Below are positions 61,250 to 64,000 of a stretch of 64,000 nt of DNA, piece by piece. Source of the DNA: an uncultured Prevotellaceae bacterium (GTDB taxonomy: Bacteria > Bacteroidota > Bacteroidia > Bacteroidales > Bacteroidaceae); contig OMXV01000017.1 in assembly GCA_900315075.1 (NCBI GenBank), forward strand, positions 2,736 to 66,735, written 5' to 3'. The translations under genes and the position numbers were made by a program. Position 1 is the stretch's first letter. The number at the start of each line of letters is the position of its first letter. The notes under the pieces are model-generated. The model had not been told where the DNA came from. It ran no database searches and worked only from the letters and a program-made list of their open reading frames with translations.

Positions 61250-61432
61250 TTATTTCTCAGAGTCGTCCCAAGGGCCTCTATTGCGAGAAGGATTCGCGAA
61301 CTGGTCCTGCATAGCCTCATTGCCCAATTGGTCGCCATCGCCATCGTCGTCATAATTGCTGATTGCTTCATCAAGGAGAGCGTCAGAGTCGATATCCAAC
61401 ACAGCAATGTTCGGTTTCAAATACTTTTTCAT
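61250..61432 (-). CDS. Small acidic peptide MKKYLKP...WDDSEK
   Basis: 60-aa ORF 14 bp after a T9SS protein; motif shared with the ORF at 4233-4418. Confidence 0.65.
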   Translation of the reverse strand: MKKYLKPNIAVLDIDSDALLDEAISNYDDDGDGDQLGNEAMQDQFANPSRNRGPWDDSEK

Positions 61433-61446
61433 ATCTTGTTGTGTTA

Positions 61447-64000
61447 TTATTTGACTACAGTTTTCTTTCCATTAATAATATAGATACCAGGTGTGAGGCG
61501 GTCGCTGTTCACCCTTATGCCATTGATGGTGTACACCTCGCGGCGGTTATCGTTGTCGGTATTGACCTCGACGATAGCATCGGCCTCATCATCCAAGAGG
61601 ATGTAGAAGTTGGCAGCCTCCTCAGGAGTGAGGGCCAGATATGCCTTATTGAGTCCACACAGGTTGGTGTGTCCATCAGCGGTGAACCAGAAGAAGCCCA
61701 GTTTCTTGACGTCGTCTACCGTTGAGCGGCTCAGCTTATAATAGTAGTACATAGGATCAGTGTCTTTCGGATAGAAGGCATCGCAGCCCTTGAGCAAGTT
61801 GTTTTCAGGTGCTATTCCTACCTCGCTGGTGATGGCAGCCGTGTATGCCTTGACCTCACCCTTGAGCACCAATGGTGTGCCAGCGGGAACTACGTCACCA
61901 GCCTTATAGATGTAATCGACAATGGAATGTTTGTTATCCACCCTGACCACAGGACCACCCACAACACCCTCGGGCATCACGTAAGCATATTCACTGTTGA
62001 AATAGGTGGCGTAGCCGCCCTCATCGGTGATTTCAAAGGCAATCTCCGAGATGTCGGTCAACCAGCGTGGGTCACCTATGCGGGCACTGTTCTGGGCACA
62101 GCTGGCCATGGTGAAATCGCCTGTGGTGTAGTCGCCTGCGAACGCAATCACGCCCTTGACGGGACTTATTACAGGTTCTGCACTGTCGCTGGTCGATTCA
62201 CTGTCTGTCACATCGGTGAGAACACCGTCAACTGTATATTGTGAGGAGATGCCCGAAACATTCCAAACGGGGTTGGCACTGGCCTGACCGCCATTGATGC
62301 CACGGACGAACTGACCGCTCTTGCCGGTGTCGATGCTCACGCAGTTAAATATATTGTATTTCAGCCATTTCTGTCCGTTCTGGCGGTGATTGAAGGTATT
62401 CTTGCCGTTAGCCACGTTGTAGAAGGTACAGTGTTCCAAGGTGAACACCTGCTCTTCATATCCTGCTTCAGTAGCCTTATTGCCCGACTGTGAACTGTAG
62501 ATGAAACCTGTGTGCGGTGTCTTGGAATAGATGGTGGTGTTGTCCATCCATAAGTTGCCAACTACACCGCCTCCGGAGAAGTCGATAATATTCTTGCTGC
62601 CGCCATTCATCTCGATGATGCTGTTGGTAAGTGTGAAGCTGTTGAACAGGCTCTTGATGCCACTTCCATAAATGAACTGGACAGGGAGTCCCTTGACGTT
62701 AATGCCATTGATAAAGATGTCACCCATAGGATAGAATTCGTTCTCCAGAGGAGTATTACCCTCAGTGAGGGAAACGAGAATCATCGGCTCTGCCAATGCA
62801 GAAGCATCAATGCTGGAGTTGGCACCCTGGAGCACAAACGGACAGGAAGCCTTAAGCGGTCCACTGACGGTAAAATTGGCATCGGAAGCCAGGTTGATGG
62901 TAATGCTGGTGGGCGAAGGTCTCTTAACCAGTTCAGCATTCAGGGCAGCGGTAATATCCTGACCATCTTCTACGTAGATAATAATGTCAGTGATAGCGTC
63001 TTCGTTAATCCATCTCGGGTCGCCGATACGGGCATTATTCTGCGGACATGTAGCCATGGTAAAGTCACCTTGTGTATAGTCGCCTGTGAAGACTATGAGC
63101 CCCTCAACGGCGTTGGTGATAGGCTCTTCAGCATCGCCGGTGGACTCGCTGGCTGTCACATCGGTAAGTGTGCCATCGACGGTGTATTGTGAGGAGTAAC
63201 CCCTCACATCCCAAACGGGATTGGCGCTGGCCTGACCACCGTTAAGACCTCTGATGAATTGTCCGTTCTTGCCGGCATCGATGCTGATACAATCGATAAC
63301 GCTGAAACTCAGCCATTTCTGTCCGGTCTGGCGGTGATTGAAGGTATTCTTGCCGTTGGCCACGTTGTAGAAGGTGGAATTACTCAAGGTGAAGTACTGC
63401 ATCTCAAGACCAGCCTCGGTAGCCTTGTTGCCCGACTGTGAACTGTAGATAAAACCTGTATGCGGAGTCTTAGAGTAGATGGTGGATGTTGTAATGTTGA
63501 AATTGGCCACAACTCCGCCTCCGGCGAAGTCGAAAATATTCTTGTTGCCTCCATTCATCTCGATGATGCTGTTCTGGAGAAGACAGGTATTGAACAAGGC
63601 TTTCATACCATTGCCATAGATGAACTGTGCGGGAAGTCCCTTGACATTGATATCTTTGACAATAATGTCGCCCATATGATAGAAGCCGTTCTCATCTGCT
63701 GTATTTCCTTCCGTTGTATTGACCAATATCATCGGTCCTGTCAGGGCAGAAGCATCGATGCCGTTGTTGGCGCCATTGATTTCAAGAGGACAGGAGATGT
63801 TGAGCGGTCCACTTACTGTATAGTTGGCATCCAGTTCCAGATTGAAGGTGATGCTTGTAGGAGCAGGGGTCTCGGCCAGAGCGGCATTCAACAGAGAGGT
63901 AAGGTCCTCACCATCTGCAGCATTGATGACGATGTCGGCAGCGGACTCCTCAACTATCCAGCGTGGGTCGCCGATTTGGGCTTCCTTCTGCGGACAGTCG
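61447..64000 (-). CDS. Large T9SS-tailed protein with tandem 316-aa beta-helix-like (DUF4957/DUF5123-like, GDPRW-ending) repeats; 5' end beyond the window
   Basis: GDPRW codons at 62062, 63010 and 63958 (948-bp period); C-terminus VYTINGIRV...PGIYIINGKKTVVK. Confidence 0.82.
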   Translation of the reverse strand, partial: DCPQKEAQIGDPRWIVEESAADIVINAADGEDLTSLLNAALAETPAPTSITFNLELDANYTVSGPLNISCPLEINGANNGIDASALTGPMILVNTTEGNTADENGFYHMGDIIVKDINVKGLPAQFIYGNGMKALFNTCLLQNSIIEMNGGNKNIFDFAGGGVVANFNITTSTIYSKTPHTGFIYSSQSGNKATEAGLEMQYFTLSNSTFYNVANGKNTFNHRQTGQKWLSFSVIDCISIDAGKNGQFIRGLNGGQASANPVWDVRGYSSQYTVDGTLTDVTASESTGDAEEPITNAVEGLIVFTGDYTQGDFTMATCPQNNARIGDPRWINEDAITDIIIYVEDGQDITAALNAELVKRPSPTSITINLASDANFTVSGPLKASCPFVLQGANSSIDASALAEPMILVSLTEGNTPLENEFYPMGDIFINGINVKGLPVQFIYGSGIKSLFNSFTLTNSIIEMNGGSKNIIDFSGGGVVGNLWMDNTTIYSKTPHTGFIYSSQSGNKATEAGYEEQVFTLEHCTFYNVANGKNTFNHRQNGQKWLKYNIFNCVSIDTGKSGQFVRGINGGQASANPVWNVSGISSQYTVDGVLTDVTDSESTSDSAEPVISPVKGVIAFAGDYTTGDFTMASCAQNSARIGDPRWLTDISEIAFEITDEGGYATYFNSEYAYVMPEGVVGGPVVRVDNKHSIVDYIYKAGDVVPAGTPLVLKGEVKAYTAAITSEVGIAPENNLLKGCDAFYPKDTDPMYYYYKLSRSTVDDVKKLGFFWFTADGHTNLCGLNKAYLALTPEEAANFYILLDDEADAIVEVNTDNDNRREVYTINGIRVNSDRLTPGIYIINGKKTVVK

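Overview
Chromosomal window from a Bacteroidales bacterium, most likely Prevotella-like. The basis is the TAnnTTTG promoters, the Prevotella-type T9SS C-terminal tails and the gene content. It is mostly housekeeping and carbohydrate genes, plus rnpB, SRP RNA and five tRNAs. It also holds an arginine-to-glutamate operon (rocD-ctlX-pruA-arcA), an AmmeMemoRadiSam locus and a RAPP-leader/TonB receptor pair. No transposase, integrase, prophage or CRISPR-Cas system is visible. The most notable signals are: (1) two separate units of a large T9SS cargo protein, a ~60-aa MKKYxKP...W(D/E)D peptide and a terminator; (2) a covarying ~70-bp imperfect hairpin family bounding small accessory genes; (3) a candidate four-way-junction RNA leader; (4) a His/Cys-rich RAPP arrest-peptide leader; (5) a ~75-bp tandem hairpin array next to rnpB; (6) dense intergenic 7/8/11-mer repeats with a consistent polarity relative to genes, plus several REP-like families. 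All calls come from reading motifs by eye; no database searches were run.
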